In this document: positions 23,676 through 34,610 of the stretch, in pieces
Numbering within the stretch: the stretch's first letter is position 1
Layout of the letters: each line of letters starts with the position of its first letter
NCBI GenBank assembly: GCA_963700695.1
Contig: CAVOYO010000019.1
Span: 8,238-72,237 of the forward strand
Origin: an uncultured Acidobacteriota bacterium
GTDB taxonomy: Bacteria > Acidobacteriota > Vicinamibacteria > Fen-336
Direction of reading: 5' to 3'
Length of the DNA: 64,000 nt
Translations under genes and position numbers: made by a program
The notes under the pieces: model-generated
Database searches by the model: none
What the model saw: only the letters and a program-made list of their open reading frames with translations
Told to the model about the DNA's origin: nothing

Positions 23676-24728
23676 TCAGGAAGTGCGGGAGTAGTCGCTG
23701 AGGACGGAGCCCGCGCCGAGCAGGGCCCCCTCGAGACGGCTCTTCCGGCCGAGGATCACGCCGGGGCCGACGAGGGACCCTGCGACCTCGGCGTCGGGCC
23801 CGACGCGAGCGCCGCGCCAGATGACGCTGTCGCGGACCCGGGCGCCCGGAGCCACCGCCACGTCGGACACCAGGACCGCGTCCGGACCGAGGTGAGCGCC
23901 CGGCTCCACCTGGCAGCCCGGACCGACGTAGAAAGGGGCCTCGAGCACCGCTTCCCTGGCCACGGTGGCACCCGGGTGTATCCAGCCTCCTCCGCGGGGC
24001 TCGCCTTCGAGGTCCACCGGGAACCGGCGGGCCAGGATGTCGCGGTGAACCTGCAGGTACTTCTGCGGGGTCCCGATGTCGATCCAGTAGCCCTCGTGCA
24101 CGGGCCCGAGCACCCGGTCGCCGCGCTCGAGGAGGGAGGGGAAGAAGCCCCGCTCGATCGAGTACGGCACCCCGGCCGGCATCAGCTCGAGCACCGGCGT
24201 CTCGAGGACGTACACGCCGGCGTTGATCGTGTTCGTTCGGATCTGCTCGGGCCGTGGCTTCTCGACGAAGCGGAGCACCCACCCATCCCGGTCGGTCTCC
24301 ACCACACCGTACGCCGAAGGGTCGGGAACCGGGGTGAGGACGATCGAAGCGGCGGCGCTCTCTGCCTCGTGGCGTGCCACGATCGACGCCAGGTCGAGGT
24401 CCATCAGAACATCGCCGTTCAGCACGATGGTGCGCTCGTCGAGGAGGGGCTCGGCGTTCTTCACCGCGCCGCCCGTGCCGAGGGGCGTCGACTCCACCGC
24501 ATACTGGATTCGGATGCCGAAGTCGCGGCCGTCCCCGAAGACCGCCTCGACCTGCTCCGGGTGATAGGCGATGGAGAAGACGACCTCCGAGACACCGGCT
24601 CGGGCGAGAAGATCGAGCTGGTGACGGAGGAAGGGCCGGTCGACGACGGGGGCAACGGGTTTCGGGGTCGAGAGGGTGAGAGGACGGAGCCGCGTCCCCT
24701 CGCCTCCGGCGAGGATGACTGCCTTCAT
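23676..24728 (-). CDS. NDP-sugar pyrophosphorylase (mannose-1-phosphate guanylyltransferase family)
   Basis: MKAVILAGGEGTRLRPLT..PKP, PLGTGGA, NGDV, FVEKP, YWIDIGTP, C-terminal hexapeptide repeats. Confidence 0.9.
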   Translation of the reverse strand: MKAVILAGGEGTRLRPLTLSTPKPVAPVVDRPFLRHQLDLLARAGVSEVVFSIAYHPEQVEAVFGDGRDFGIRIQYAVESTPLGTGGAVKNAEPLLDERTIVLNGDVLMDLDLASIVARHEAESAAASIVLTPVPDPSAYGVVETDRDGWVLRFVEKPRPEQIRTNTINAGVYVLETPVLELMPAGVPYSIERGFFPSLLERGDRVLGPVHEGYWIDIGTPQKYLQVHRDILARRFPVDLEGEPRGGGWIHPGATVAREAVLEAPFYVGPGCQVEPGAHLGPDAVLVSDVAVAPGARVRDSVIWRGARVGPDAEVAGSLVGPGVILGRKSRLEGALLGAGSVLSDYSRTS

Positions 24729-24875
24729 GATCGGTTGCGCCGCTCCGGGGCGCCGTGGGCCGCAGGATCGTAGCCCCGATCGGGAGAAAAGACTATCGGG
24801 TGACGGCCACCGGGCCCTGGATTCGCTCGCCGCCAGGAAACAGTCGGAACGGGGCGAGCACCCCGTGCGACGATC

Positions 24876-24905
24876 TTGACTCCCTTGGGGTCGATCCACT
24901 ATCGT
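24876..24905 (+). promoter_or_regulatory. Promoter of pgsA (leaderless candidate)
   Basis: TTGACT-18 nt-TATCGT, 7 nt before the TTG start. Confidence 0.5.
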
Positions 24906-24912
24906 CCGCGCG

Positions 24913-25479
24913 TTGAACCTGCCGAACGCGCTGACGCTGCTCCGGATGTTCCTCGTTCCCCTGCTGGTCGTCGTCCTCCTGACGCGCGTGGAAGGGCATG
25001 TGTACCTGGGCGCGGGGATCTTCGGGCTGGCCGTCCTGACCGACTACCTCGACGGGTATTTCGCGCGGCGGCGCAACGAGGTGACCCGCCTCGGCATCCT
25101 GCTCGACCCCCTCGCCGACAAGCTCCTGATCGCCGCCGCGCTGCTCTCGCTCGTGGAGATGGGGCTGGTTCCGGCCTGGATGGTGATGATCATCCTGGCC
25201 CGCGAGCTCGCGGTCACCGCCCTTCGAAACGTGGCGGCGGGAAAGGGCGTTCTGATCCGCGCCTCCGGCCTCGGAAAAGCGAAGATGGTTGCCCAGGTGA
25301 CGGCCGTCCTGATGCTCATCCTCTCCCCGGCGCTGCCCGCGCTCCGACGGCCGGGGCTGGTGGTCCTCTGGGTCGTGGTGCTGATCACGTTGTGGTCGGG
25401 GGCGGACTACTTCCTTCGGTTCTGGCGCGAGGTCGTGCGGGCGCCGACCCGCGAGTCGGGTTCCCCCGACTCGAAGTAG
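24913..25479 (+). CDS. pgsA: CDP-diacylglycerol--glycerol-3-phosphate 3-phosphatidyltransferase
   Basis: NLPNALTLLR, TDYLDGYFARR...LGILLDPLADK. Confidence 0.92.
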   Translation: MNLPNALTLLRMFLVPLLVVVLLTRVEGHVYLGAGIFGLAVLTDYLDGYFARRRNEVTRLGILLDPLADKLLIAAALLSLVEMGLVPAWMVMIILARELAVTALRNVAAGKGVLIRASGLGKAKMVAQVTAVLMLILSPALPALRRPGLVVLWVVVLITLWSGADYFLRFWREVVRAPTRESGSPDSK

Positions 25480-25485
25480 AAGCGG

Positions 25486-25541
25486 CTGGCCACCAGGCCT
25501 AGACTCGCCTGCGTGTCCCTTCCCTGGGGACACGCAGGTGG
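25486..25541. repeat. Family 1 repeat, copy B (inverted), between convergent genes
   Basis: ccaccaggcctagactcgcctgcgtgtcccttccctggggacacgcagg; compensatory changes keep the stem paired. Confidence 0.85.
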
Positions 25542-25547
25542 TGAGTT

Positions 25548-26684
25548 TCATCTCAGCTCGATCTGATCTCCGACCATGACCTCCTCGCGTGAGTAGGTGA
25601 TCTTGGCGGTGGCGGTGGTGTCCCGGGTGGCAATCACCGTGACCTGCCCCACGACGTTGCGCGGGGTCGGAACCGAGGGATACATCACGCGGAAGATCGA
25701 GAAGACGCTCCCCGGGGAGATGCCGTCCTCCGAGCCGGCGCTGATGCTGACGAAATGGCCCTGCCCGGCGACGACGGCGTCGTTCTCGATGTCGATGACG
25801 TAGGCGTCCAACTTGCCGCTGGGAGGAGTCAGTCGGTCGGCGGAGGTCCGGCGCACCACCATCGGCACGTTCACACGCTCGAAGGGCTTCAAGTAGTCGG
25901 CAGCGTGGATGTCGCTGCAGGACTCCTCGATGACGGCGGTGGCGCTGTCCTCCTGGACCAGGATGACCTTGACCCAGCCGGTGGTCTCGACCTTCGTCCC
26001 GAGCTTGCGCCCGGTGACCGGGTGCTTCACGGGGTACGAGACGTGGTGCAGGGAGTAGACGTCACCCGCCCTCACGCCGGCGTTGCTCCCCTTGCTCAGG
26101 TAGACGATGTCACGCTCGGCGAATGCGAACTTGTCCTGCCCCTGCTCGGAGCCGATGACGTAGAGGCTGTCGTCCTCCTGCTCGTCGATGATGTACATCG
26201 CGCACTGCAGCGCGGTCTCCTCGGTGACCGGGCCCAGAGATGCACCAGGGCCGCCCGCGGCACCGATCTCGGCCTCGGCTGCGCCCCCGACGTCGAACTC
26301 GTCGACGATCCCCTCGGGGCCGCCAAGGGCCAGCTCCTCGCCGGCCGCGTCGCTGATGACCGCGACCTCGGGCAGGACGATCGGGTCCCCGGGATAGATC
26401 CAGTGGGCGTCCTCGATGTACTTGTTGGTGTCCCACAGCTGGGGCCACAGGTACGGGTTGTCGAGGAAGCGAGCGGCAAGGTCCCAGAGGGTGTCGCCCC
26501 GCTCGATGATGTGGTAGGTCGTCCCTTCGGGAATCGTCGTGGGGAAGCCCGTGTTCTTGGTCCAATGGGGGGCCACCGTCGCCGGGCCGGTCTGGAGGCC
26601 GGCCGGCGGGGCATCCTGTGCAGCGACCAGCGTCCCCGCCAGTGCGAATCCGACGAGACCACCGAGAATCACCTTCGGTCTCAC
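25548..26684 (-). CDS. LysM peptidoglycan-binding protein
   Basis: Signal peptide; YHIIERGDTLWDLAARFLDNPYLWPQLWDTN..IEDAHWIYPGD; GGAGG RBS before the GTG start. Confidence 0.88.
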   Translation of the reverse strand: MRPKVILGGLVGFALAGTLVAAQDAPPAGLQTGPATVAPHWTKNTGFPTTIPEGTTYHIIERGDTLWDLAARFLDNPYLWPQLWDTNKYIEDAHWIYPGDPIVLPEVAVISDAAGEELALGGPEGIVDEFDVGGAAEAEIGAAGGPGASLGPVTEETALQCAMYIIDEQEDDSLYVIGSEQGQDKFAFAERDIVYLSKGSNAGVRAGDVYSLHHVSYPVKHPVTGRKLGTKVETTGWVKVILVQEDSATAVIEESCSDIHAADYLKPFERVNVPMVVRRTSADRLTPPSGKLDAYVIDIENDAVVAGQGHFVSISAGSEDGISPGSVFSIFRVMYPSVPTPRNVVGQVTVIATRDTTATAKITYSREEVMVGDQIELR

Positions 26685-26828
26685 TGCCTTCCTCCCGGAC
26701 GGACCTGGTTCCGTCCTCGCAAACCCCACACGGCCCCCTCGAGAGACCCGGGTTCAAGGGGACCCTATCAGGAAAAAAGGGCTTTCGTCAAGGGGTCTTT
26801 TGGCAATTCCTCAAAGTGACACTTGAGG

Positions 26829-27683
26829 TCAGCCCTGGGGAGGAGGGCCGTCGGCCTGGCCTGGAGGGGGTGGGCTCGGGCCGGCCTGCTCGGTCGGTTC
26901 CGGGGCCGCGGCGGACATGGCCGGCATCTCGGCGAGTATCTCGTCGGCCTTGGACACCCACCTGCTGTCCGGGTACTCCTCCTTGAGCCGGCTGAGCATC
27001 GGCAGCGCCTCGGCGAAGCGGGCCGAGGCGGCGAACGACTCGCCGAGTCGGAAGATCACCTCGTCGAGATTCTCGTAGTCGGGATACTCGCGCAGGACGC
27101 GCTGGTAGCGCAGGGAGGCCGCTCGCCAGGCCTTTCGCGTCTTCTGGTAGAAGTAACCCACCTGGAATTCGGACTGGGCGAGGATCTGGCGGCACTCCTG
27201 GATCCGGCCACGGGCCGGCTCGACATAGGCCGAGTTCGGGTAGACGTCGAGGAGCCGATTGAACTCATCGAGCGCCTGCTTGGTGGCGGTCTGATCGCGG
27301 TCGGGGCTGTTCTTCTGCTTGAAGTAGGCCTCCGCCGCCTGGTATTGCGCGTAGGCCGCTTCGGGAGCCGACGGGTAGAGGGTGAGGAACTCCCGAAAGG
27401 CAGACACGGCCAGGATGGAGTTGCCGGGACCGCCCTGTGCCACGTAGGCGTCGGCCAGGCCGATCCGGGCCCTGGGCTGATACTGGCTTTGGGGGAAGGC
27501 GTCGACGATCCTCCGGAAATACTGGCGGGCCGCCTCGTAGTTCTTGTCCTCCATCGCCTGCTGGCCCGCTTCCCAAACGACCTGGTCCGAGGGGCTGGAC
27601 AGCTTCTCCAGGTCGATGGTCTTCGACCCACAGGCGGCCAGAAGCAGGGCGAGGACGAGTCCGATCGCGAGACGAGACGTCAA
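26829..27683 (-). CDS. bamD: Outer membrane protein assembly factor BamD
   Basis: Lipobox LAAC; TPRs; PDRDQTATKQAL..F..LLDVYPNSAY; EFQVGYFY. Confidence 0.85.
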   Translation of the reverse strand: MTSRLAIGLVLALLLAACGSKTIDLEKLSSPSDQVVWEAGQQAMEDKNYEAARQYFRRIVDAFPQSQYQPRARIGLADAYVAQGGPGNSILAVSAFREFLTLYPSAPEAAYAQYQAAEAYFKQKNSPDRDQTATKQALDEFNRLLDVYPNSAYVEPARGRIQECRQILAQSEFQVGYFYQKTRKAWRAASLRYQRVLREYPDYENLDEVIFRLGESFAASARFAEALPMLSRLKEEYPDSRWVSKADEILAEMPAMSAAAPEPTEQAGPSPPPPGQADGPPPQG

Positions 27684-28619
27684 CGATTCCCTCTCAGCCA
27701 GTCCCACTCCCGGGCCAGGCCTTCGGCGAGCCGGACGCGGGACTGGAACCCGAGGTCGCGGCGCGCAGCCGTCGTGTCCGCGAAGGTGTCTCGCATGTCG
27801 CCTTTCTGGACCTCCTCGCGCTGGATCTGGAGTGGTGCCCCGGTGATCTCCTCGATCAGCCGCAGCACGTGGTTGAGCTCCACGCGCTCCCCACCTCCCA
27901 CGTTATACACGGAGCCGGGGTGTCCGGAAACCGCCGCGGCACGGGTGGCGGCCACGATGTCCGACACGTAGGTGAAGTCGCGGGTCTGCCGCCCGTCTCC
28001 GTACAGATGGATGGGCTCGCCGTCGCCCGCGGCCCTCAGGAAGCGGTGGAACGCCATGTCCGGGCGCTGGCGGGGTCCGAACACCGTGAAGTAGCGGAGG
28101 CTCACCGTCGGCAGGCCGTAGTTGCGGTGATAGAGAACGGCCAGGTGCTCGCCCGCCAGCTTCGTGACCCCGTAGGGCGAAACGGGCTGGCACGGCCCGT
28201 CCTCGCGGAGCGGCAGCGTGGGTGTGACCCCGTACACCGACGAGGAGGAGGCGTAGACCAGCCGTCGGACGCCCCGCGGCCAGTGCCGCCTCCAGGAGCT
28301 GCTGCGACGCGAGGACGTTGTGGTCGCTGTAGTGGGCGAAGTCCCGACCCCACGAGGCCCGCACGCCGGCCTGCGCCGCGAGGTGATAGACCTGATCGGC
28401 GCCCTCGAGCAACGGCGCGAGGTCCAGATCCTGCAGGCGTCCCTCGACAAGGCGAAAGCCTCCGTGCTCGCTCAGGACGGCGACGTTCTCCTCCTTCACC
28501 GCTCGCGGGTAGTAGTCGGTGAAGCAGTCGATCCCGACGACCTCGGCACCATCCGCGAGGAGGCTCTCCGCGACGTGTGACCCGATGAACCCGGCGGCGC
28601 CGGTGACCACCGCCTTCAC
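27680..28619 (-). CDS. NAD-dependent epimerase/dehydratase (NDP-sugar), one indel near 28270
   Basis: VTGAAGFIGSH, HLAAQAGVR, ASSSSVYG, SPYGVTK, LRYFTVFGPRQRPDMA split over two frames. Confidence 0.88.
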
Positions 28620-28728
28620 TCGAGACGCCTCCGAAGCCCGACGGACAGACGGCGCGCTCGCGCGCTGCCGTCGCTGGCCGTCTCATTCTCGGCGTAGCGG
28701 ACGCGGATACGGGAGGACGAAGCCCGGC

Positions 28729-29379
28729 TCACCCGCAGGCCTCGATCAGCCCCCGCGCCGCGGCCTCGGGGTCCCCGGCGGCAAAGGAGGCGCTGCCGGC
28801 GACGATGATCTCCGCCCCGGCCTCGACGACGGTCCGGATGTTCTCGGTGGTGACCCCTCCGTCCACCTCGATCCGGGCCCGGAGCCCGCGGTCGCGGATG
28901 GTCCCGTGGAGGCGGCGGATCTTGTCGAGCGCAGACGGCAGGAACACCTGTCCCGAGAAACCCGGGTTGACCGACATCAGCAGGACGTAGTCCACCTCGG
29001 GGAGGATCTCCTCGAGCGCGGACAGGGGCGTCGAGGGGTTCAGAACCACTCCGGCCTGCACGCCGCGCTCGGAGAGGTGAGCCACCGCCCGCTGGAGGTG
29101 CGTCACCGCCTCGACGTGGACGCTGACCCAGCTGGCACCGGCGTCGACGAAGGCGTCGAGGTGGCGCTCGGCTCTCTCGACCATCAGGTGGACGTCGATC
29201 GGGAGGTCGGTGACTCGGCGCACGGCCGTCACAACGGCGGGTCCCAGGGTGAGGTTGGGGACGAAGTGACCGTCCATGACGTCCACGTGGATGACCCCCG
29301 CGCCGCCGCGCTCGACGGCGGCGATCTCGTCGGCGAGGCGGCCGAGATCGGCGGCGAGGATGGAGGGCGCGAGGATCAC
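28729..29379 (-). CDS. rpe: Ribulose-phosphate 3-epimerase
   Basis: APSILAAD, HVDVMDGHFVPN, DVHLM, MSVNPGF, IEVDGG. Confidence 0.95.
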   Translation of the reverse strand: MILAPSILAADLGRLADEIAAVERGGAGVIHVDVMDGHFVPNLTLGPAVVTAVRRVTDLPIDVHLMVERAERHLDAFVDAGASWVSVHVEAVTHLQRAVAHLSERGVQAGVVLNPSTPLSALEEILPEVDYVLLMSVNPGFSGQVFLPSALDKIRRLHGTIRDRGLRARIEVDGGVTTENIRTVVEAGAEIIVAGSASFAAGDPEAAARGLIEACG

Positions 29380-30110
29380 GATGTCGCCCTGCTGACGTCG
29401 AGGCTGAGGGGAGTCCGCGGATCGATGCGATGGCCCGCCGGCGGCAGCTGCCGAAGGACGATGCCCGGCGCCACGCCGGGGTAGGTGCGGTAGCGGACGT
29501 CCGCGACCTTGAAACCCGCCGCGAGGAGCGACGCCATGACGCTCTGGGCGGGACGGCCGATCAGGTCCGGCATCACGTACGCGGCGCGCCCGCCGCCCCG
29601 GCTCACGAGCAGGGAGGCCCCGTCGCCGGACACGTCGGTTTCACCCGAAGGGGGGCGCTGGACGAGGACCTGGTCTTCCGGAGCAGGGTCGCTCACCTCG
29701 ACCACGTGGGCCACGTGCAGGCCGGCCTGCTCGAGGGCGATTCGCGCGGTGCGGACCGACTGGCCCTCGACCCGCGGCACCGTGACGCGGCGGGGGCCGA
29801 GGCTCACCCACACGCGAACGTGGCGGTGGGCCTTGAGCGTGCCCCCGGGCGGAGGCTCCTGCGCGATCACGTGAGCGGCGGCGACGGCGGCGTCGTGGCG
29901 CCGTCCTTCGACCCGGATGGCGAGTCCGCGCTGGGCGGCCAGCCCGCCGGCCTCGGGCAGTGGGCGCCCGACGAGGCCGGGCACCGCCACGTCGCGGGCC
30001 GAGAGCACCACCCTCATCGTGACCACGGCGCTCACCCCGAGCGCGGCCAGGAGCGCGGCGCCAAGGAGAGCGTTTCGGGCGAGGAGGCGGAGGACGGTCT
30101 TGACGGTCAA
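29376..30110 (-). CDS. PASTA-domain membrane protein
   Basis: N-terminal TM helix and three PASTA repeats (VPGLVG, VPRVEG, MPDLIG; Q-x-P-P-x-G). Confidence 0.85.
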   Translation of the reverse strand: MTVKTVLRLLARNALLGAALLAALGVSAVVTMRVVLSARDVAVPGLVGRPLPEAGGLAAQRGLAIRVEGRRHDAAVAAAHVIAQEPPPGGTLKAHRHVRVWVSLGPRRVTVPRVEGQSVRTARIALEQAGLHVAHVVEVSDPAPEDQVLVQRPPSGETDVSGDGASLLVSRGGGRAAYVMPDLIGRPAQSVMASLLAAGFKVADVRYRTYPGVAPGIVLRQLPPAGHRIDPRTPLSLDVSRATS

Positions 30111-30176
30111 GGCGTGGCGATCCCGTGGCTTTCAGCGTGACCTCGCAGGTTACCACATCCCCCGTCGGCGACGGCC

Positions 30177-31471
30177 TCACCGCGTGCGGGTGAGGCGAGC
30201 GGCGAAGAAGGCGTCGCCGCGGTGCCGCGTCGGGCTCATCTTCACGAACGGACCCACCGCGAAAGCGGAAGCCCACGGGGGAGCTCCTCGGGCTCGAACA
30301 TGGGGTGGGCCTCGAGAAAGGGCCGCACGACACCCTCGTTCTCCTCGTCCTCGACGGAGCACGTGGAGTACACCAGCCGCCCGCCGGGCCGGACGAGGGG
30401 GGCCAGGGCGTCGAGCAGCGCGCGCTGCCGCACGGCGTGCCGCTCGACGTCCCGGGGTCCACACCGCCAGCGGATGTCCGGGCGGCGGGCCAGCGTGCCG
30501 AGGCCGCTGCAGGGGGCGTCGACGAGGATCGAGTCGAACGGTCGGTGAAACGGCGGGTGCAGCGCGTCCCCCGCCACGAGATGCACGTTGCGAGCGCCCC
30601 AGCGTGAGCACACCTCGGACAGGGTGCGCAGGCGTCGGGGGGCCGCCTCGGTCGCCACGACGCGGCCGGACGCCCCCAGCCGATCGGCGATGAGAAGGGC
30701 CTTGCCCCCCGGCGCGGCGCAGGCGTCGAGAACGAGCCCCGATCGGACCGCGAGCTGGGCCACCAGCTGCGAGCCGACGTCCTGGACGTAGAGCAGGCCT
30801 TCACCCGCGAGATCGGCGAGGCGGCCGTCGGCCGCCTCCCACGCGTCCGGCACGTCCGTCCCCCGCGGGTCGAGCCCGGCGGCGGCGGCACGGGCGGGGG
30901 CGTCACCGACGTGGGGATTGAATCGGAATCCGGTCGGCGGGGGCTCGAGGAGGGCGCGGGCGCGCGCGACGGCCCCTGCGGCGCCGAGGCGGTCGAGCCA
31001 GCGCTCGGCGAGCCACCGGGGGAGCGAGCCGGCGGTGGTCAGCCAGCCGAGCGGGTCGTCCCCGGCGCTGGGCTCGGAGGGCGGGCCCTCTCGCTGCAGG
31101 CGGCGGAGCACGGCGTTGACGAAGCCGGTGGCGCCTCCCCTCGGCTCGGCCGCGCGCGCGAGGGCGACGGACTCGGACACCGCGGCGTGCGCGGGCACCC
31201 GCAGGTAGAGGAGCTGGTACGCGCCCAGGCGAAGGGCGTCCCGCACCCGGGGCGTGGCCCGCCCGAGGGGACGGCTCGCGAGGCCGGCGAGGACGTGGTC
31301 GAGCCACCCTCGTCGGCGGAGCGTCCCCAGGACGAGCTCGTGCAGAAACGCCCGCTCCCGAGGATCGAGCTGGTCGATCTCCTTGGCGGCGAGCGCGTCG
31401 GCGAGGGTGCCCTGCCCGGCCGCGACACGGGCCAGGACGGACGCGGCGAGGCGGCGCGCGGGAGTCGGCAC
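30177..31471 (-). CDS. rsmB: 16S rRNA m5C967 methyltransferase (indel near the 3' end)
   Basis: NusB-like N-terminus, VQDVGSQ, LDACAAPGGK, DAPCSGLG, LVYSTCS, GDAFFAA. Confidence 0.9.
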
Positions 31472-31478
31472 TCGCCTC

Positions 31479-32426
31479 TCAGCCGAAGACGCGGCCGGTG
31501 TGCAGCCGAGCGCTGGCGGCAAAGGCGGCGGCGGGCATCGGACGACGGCTCTCGGGCTGCACCTCGGTCACCAACAGCCGGGACCCGGCACCGCACGCCA
31601 CGACGAGGCCCTCGGGCACCAGCTCGAGGAGCGCCCCCGGGGCTGTCTCCGGCCCATCCTCGGTGGCGGCGACGGCGACCGGCTGAGCCCCAAGGATCTT
31701 GAACGTGCGGCCGTCGAGCGAGGAGAAGGTGCCGGGCCAGGGGTCGAATCCGCGGATCCGGCAGTGCAGCTCGTGCGCGGTGAGCGACCAGTCGAGGCGG
31801 CCGTCTTCCTTCTTGAGAAGGGGAGCCAGCGTCGCGCGGTCGTGATCCTGCGATGAGGCGGCCAGGGTGCCCTCGGCCAGCCCGCGGACCGTCTCGATCA
31901 GGACGTCGGCGCCGAGCCGGGCGAGGCGAGGCTCGAGATCGGCCGAGGTCTCGTCGGGGCCGATGGGAGTGCTCCGCTGCAGAAGTACGGGGCCAGTGTC
32001 GAGCCCCTCGTCGATCAGCATCGTGCTGACCCCGGTCTCGCGCTCTCCGTTGGCGACAGCCCACTGGATGGGGGCGGCCCCGCGGAGCTTCGGGAGCAGC
32101 GAGGCGTGCACGTTGACCGTGCCGAGAGGGGCGATGTCGATCACGCTGCGGGGGAGGATCTGGCCGAAGGCCACGACCACCTGCAGCTCGGGGGCGAGTC
32201 GACGCAGCGCCTCCTGAGCGTCGGGGTCACGGACGCGCCGGGGCTGGACGACGGCCACCTTGCGCCCCTCCGCCACTGGCTTCAGCGGCGGGGGAGCGAG
32301 CGCCTTTCCCCGCCCTTTGCGCCGATCGGGCTGGGTCACGAGGGCGGCGACGTCGTGGCCGGCGTCGAGGAGCTCCTCGAAGCAGGGGATCGCGAACGCT
32401 CCGCTGCCAAGAAAGACGATGCGCAC
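31479..32426 (-). CDS. fmt: Methionyl-tRNA formyltransferase
   Basis: RIVFLGS, VTQPDRRKGRG, NVHASLLPKLRGAAPI, LDTGP. Confidence 0.95.
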   Translation of the reverse strand: MRIVFLGSGAFAIPCFEELLDAGHDVAALVTQPDRRKGRGKALAPPPLKPVAEGRKVAVVQPRRVRDPDAQEALRRLAPELQVVVAFGQILPRSVIDIAPLGTVNVHASLLPKLRGAAPIQWAVANGERETGVSTMLIDEGLDTGPVLLQRSTPIGPDETSADLEPRLARLGADVLIETVRGLAEGTLAASSQDHDRATLAPLLKKEDGRLDWSLTAHELHCRIRGFDPWPGTFSSLDGRTFKILGAQPVAVAATEDGPETAPGALLELVPEGLVVACGAGSRLLVTEVQPESRRPMPAAAFAASARLHTGRVFG

Positions 32427-32431
32427 CGTCC

Positions 32432-32947
32432 TCAGGTCTCCCAACCCTCGCGGCTGAGCTTGCGGAGCCGGCGCTTCATCAGGTCTCGCTTCAGCGGGGA
32501 GAGCCGGTCGACGAAGAGAAGGCCGTCGATGTGATCGATCTCGTGACAGAAGGCGCGGGCCAGAAGGTCGGTGCCGGTGTAGGCCCGCTCGACGCCGTCG
32601 GGGTCGAGGCCCTTCACCTCGACGCGCGCGGGCCGGGCCGGCGATCCGCCGTAGCCTGGAACCGAAAGGCACCCCTCCTCCTGCCGCTGGTCGCCCTCGC
32701 GAACGACGAGCTCGGGGTTGACGAGCTGGATCAGCTGGTCGCGGTCCTCGCCCACCGAGAGGTCGATCACGATGACTCGGAGGGGAACCCCGATCTGGGG
32801 GGCGGCGAGGCCGATCCCGGGCGCGGCGTACATCGTCTCGACCATGTCGGTGAGCAGAGCGCGGATCGAGTCGTCGATCCGCTCGACGGGGGCGGCGGGG
32901 GAGTGGAGCACGGGGTCGCCGTACTTGACGATGGGACGGATCGGCAT
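32432..32947 (-). CDS. def: Peptide deformylase
   Basis: GIGLAAPQIG, EGCLSVP, HEIDHIDG. Confidence 0.95.
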   Translation of the reverse strand: MPIRPIVKYGDPVLHSPAAPVERIDDSIRALLTDMVETMYAAPGIGLAAPQIGVPLRVIVIDLSVGEDRDQLIQLVNPELVVREGDQRQEEGCLSVPGYGGSPARPARVEVKGLDPDGVERAYTGTDLLARAFCHEIDHIDGLLFVDRLSPLKRDLMKRRLRKLSREGWET

Positions 32948-33001
32948 GACCGACTGATTATGTCCCGACGACGCTGAGGGAGCGCAACCCGACTGGTGTC
33001 G

Positions 33002-33249
33002 TGTCACCGAAGTTGTGTGGACTTCAACCACGCGGAGCCCTGGGGGGCTCCGGCGGCCACCCCGACTGCGGCGGGGTGCTCGAAACGCGCGGAGCCGAAG
33101 GCTCCGACCGGTATCGCCGGGCACGCCGTTGTCCGCGATTCGAGCACTCCGAAACCGCCAGCCTCGAAGTAGAGCAGGGTCCTCGTCGGGGTCCCGCCCG
33201 CCGAAGCCCTCACCGCGTGGTCTGTGACGTGCACACGACTTCCGTCACA
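33002..33249. mobile_element. MITE-like element, repeat family 2
   Basis: Imperfect terminal IRs tgtcaccgaagttgtgtg / cacacgacttccgtcaca (15/18); internal segment shared with 35755-35828. Confidence 0.6.
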
Positions 33250-33254
33250 TGCCA

Positions 33255-34439
33255 CTAGTCGGAGGCGTCTCCGATGAGGGCCTGCTGCTGCTCGCGGGTG
33301 GCCTTCAGGTGGGCGAGGAGCTCGTCGAGCGAGTCGCCTCCGAGCTTCTCGAGCAGGGCATCGGCCAGGATCCAGGCCACCATGGCCTCAGCCACCACCC
33401 CGGCGGCGGGGACGACGCAGGTGTCGCTCCTCTCGACCGAGGCCTTCCGGGGCTCGCGTGTCGAGAGGTCGACGGAGCGCAGCGGGATGAGGAGCGTGGG
33501 GATCGGCTTCACGGTTGCGCGGGCCCGGATCGGCTTTCCGTTGGAGACGCCGCCCTCGATACCCCCGGCGCGGTTTGTGGGACGATCGATGCCGTCCTCG
33601 CCGGACCACACGATCTCGTCGTGGAACGCCGAGCCCCGCGCCGCCCCGGCCTCGAACCCGGCGCCCAGCGCCACCGCCTTCACCGCGTGGATCGACATCA
33701 GGGCCTGGGCGAGTCGGCCGTCGAGCCGGCGGTCCCAGTGGGCGTAGGAGCCGAGGCCGGCGGGGACGCCGCGGACGACGACCTCGAGCTCGCCCCCGAC
33801 GCTGTCGCCGTCCTTCTTGGCGCGATCGATCTCCGCGATCATCGCTTCGCTCACCTCGGGGTCGACGCAGCGCACGGGAGACTCCTCGACGCGCTCGAGG
33901 TCGTCCCACGCGACGGTGGTGTCGGGGGCGAGGGCCGCCCCCGAGATCCGGACGACGTGGCTGCGCACCTCGACCCCGGTCTCGAGCAGGAGTGCGCGCG
34001 CGAGGGCGCCCGCGGCCACGCGAGCGGTGGTCTCCCGGGCGCTCGCGCGTTCGAGGACGTTGCGCAGGTCCGTCGTGCCGTACTTCAGCGCGCCCGCGAG
34101 ATCCGCGTGCCCGGGGCGCGGGTAGTGGAGCCGGCGGCGCTGTCGCGCCTCCTCGGGCTGCGGGTCGGGCGACATGACGTCGCCCCAGTTCGCGAAGTCG
34201 CGGTTGCGGACGACCAGGGAGACCGGGCTGCCGAGGGTCGAGCCGTGCCGTACGCCCGAGAGGATCTCGACGGCGTCCTTCTCGATCTTCATGCGCCCGC
34301 CGCGGCCGTAGCCGCCCTGCCGCCGGCGGAGGTCGGAGTCGATCGCCTCGCGATCGACGGGGACACCGGCGGGCAGCCCTTCGACGATGACGGTCAGGCC
34401 GGGGCCGTGCGACTCGCCGGCGGTCAGGAAGCGCAGCAT
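33255..34439 (-). CDS. aroC: Chorismate synthase
   Basis: LTAGESHG, RRQGGYGRG, PRPGHAD, RASARETTAR, NRAGGIEGG, ERSD. Confidence 0.95.
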   Translation of the reverse strand: MLRFLTAGESHGPGLTVIVEGLPAGVPVDREAIDSDLRRRQGGYGRGGRMKIEKDAVEILSGVRHGSTLGSPVSLVVRNRDFANWGDVMSPDPQPEEARQRRRLHYPRPGHADLAGALKYGTTDLRNVLERASARETTARVAAGALARALLLETGVEVRSHVVRISGAALAPDTTVAWDDLERVEESPVRCVDPEVSEAMIAEIDRAKKDGDSVGGELEVVVRGVPAGLGSYAHWDRRLDGRLAQALMSIHAVKAVALGAGFEAGAARGSAFHDEIVWSGEDGIDRPTNRAGGIEGGVSNGKPIRARATVKPIPTLLIPLRSVDLSTREPRKASVERSDTCVVPAAGVVAEAMVAWILADALLEKLGGDSLDELLAHLKATREQQQALIGDASD

Positions 34440-34610
34440 GCGAGGAATCGTGGGCCAGCCCCCGAAGTCGTGTCAAGAACGTTCCAGCCGCCCTCGCTGT
34501 GACGGTTCGGAATCTGTGACAGTGGGCGACCAGCGCGCGAGACGCTCGTCGTAGCCTCTCCCCGCTTCCGACAGCGAAGCGCCACGTCGCTCGAAGCAAG
34601 GAGGAATGCC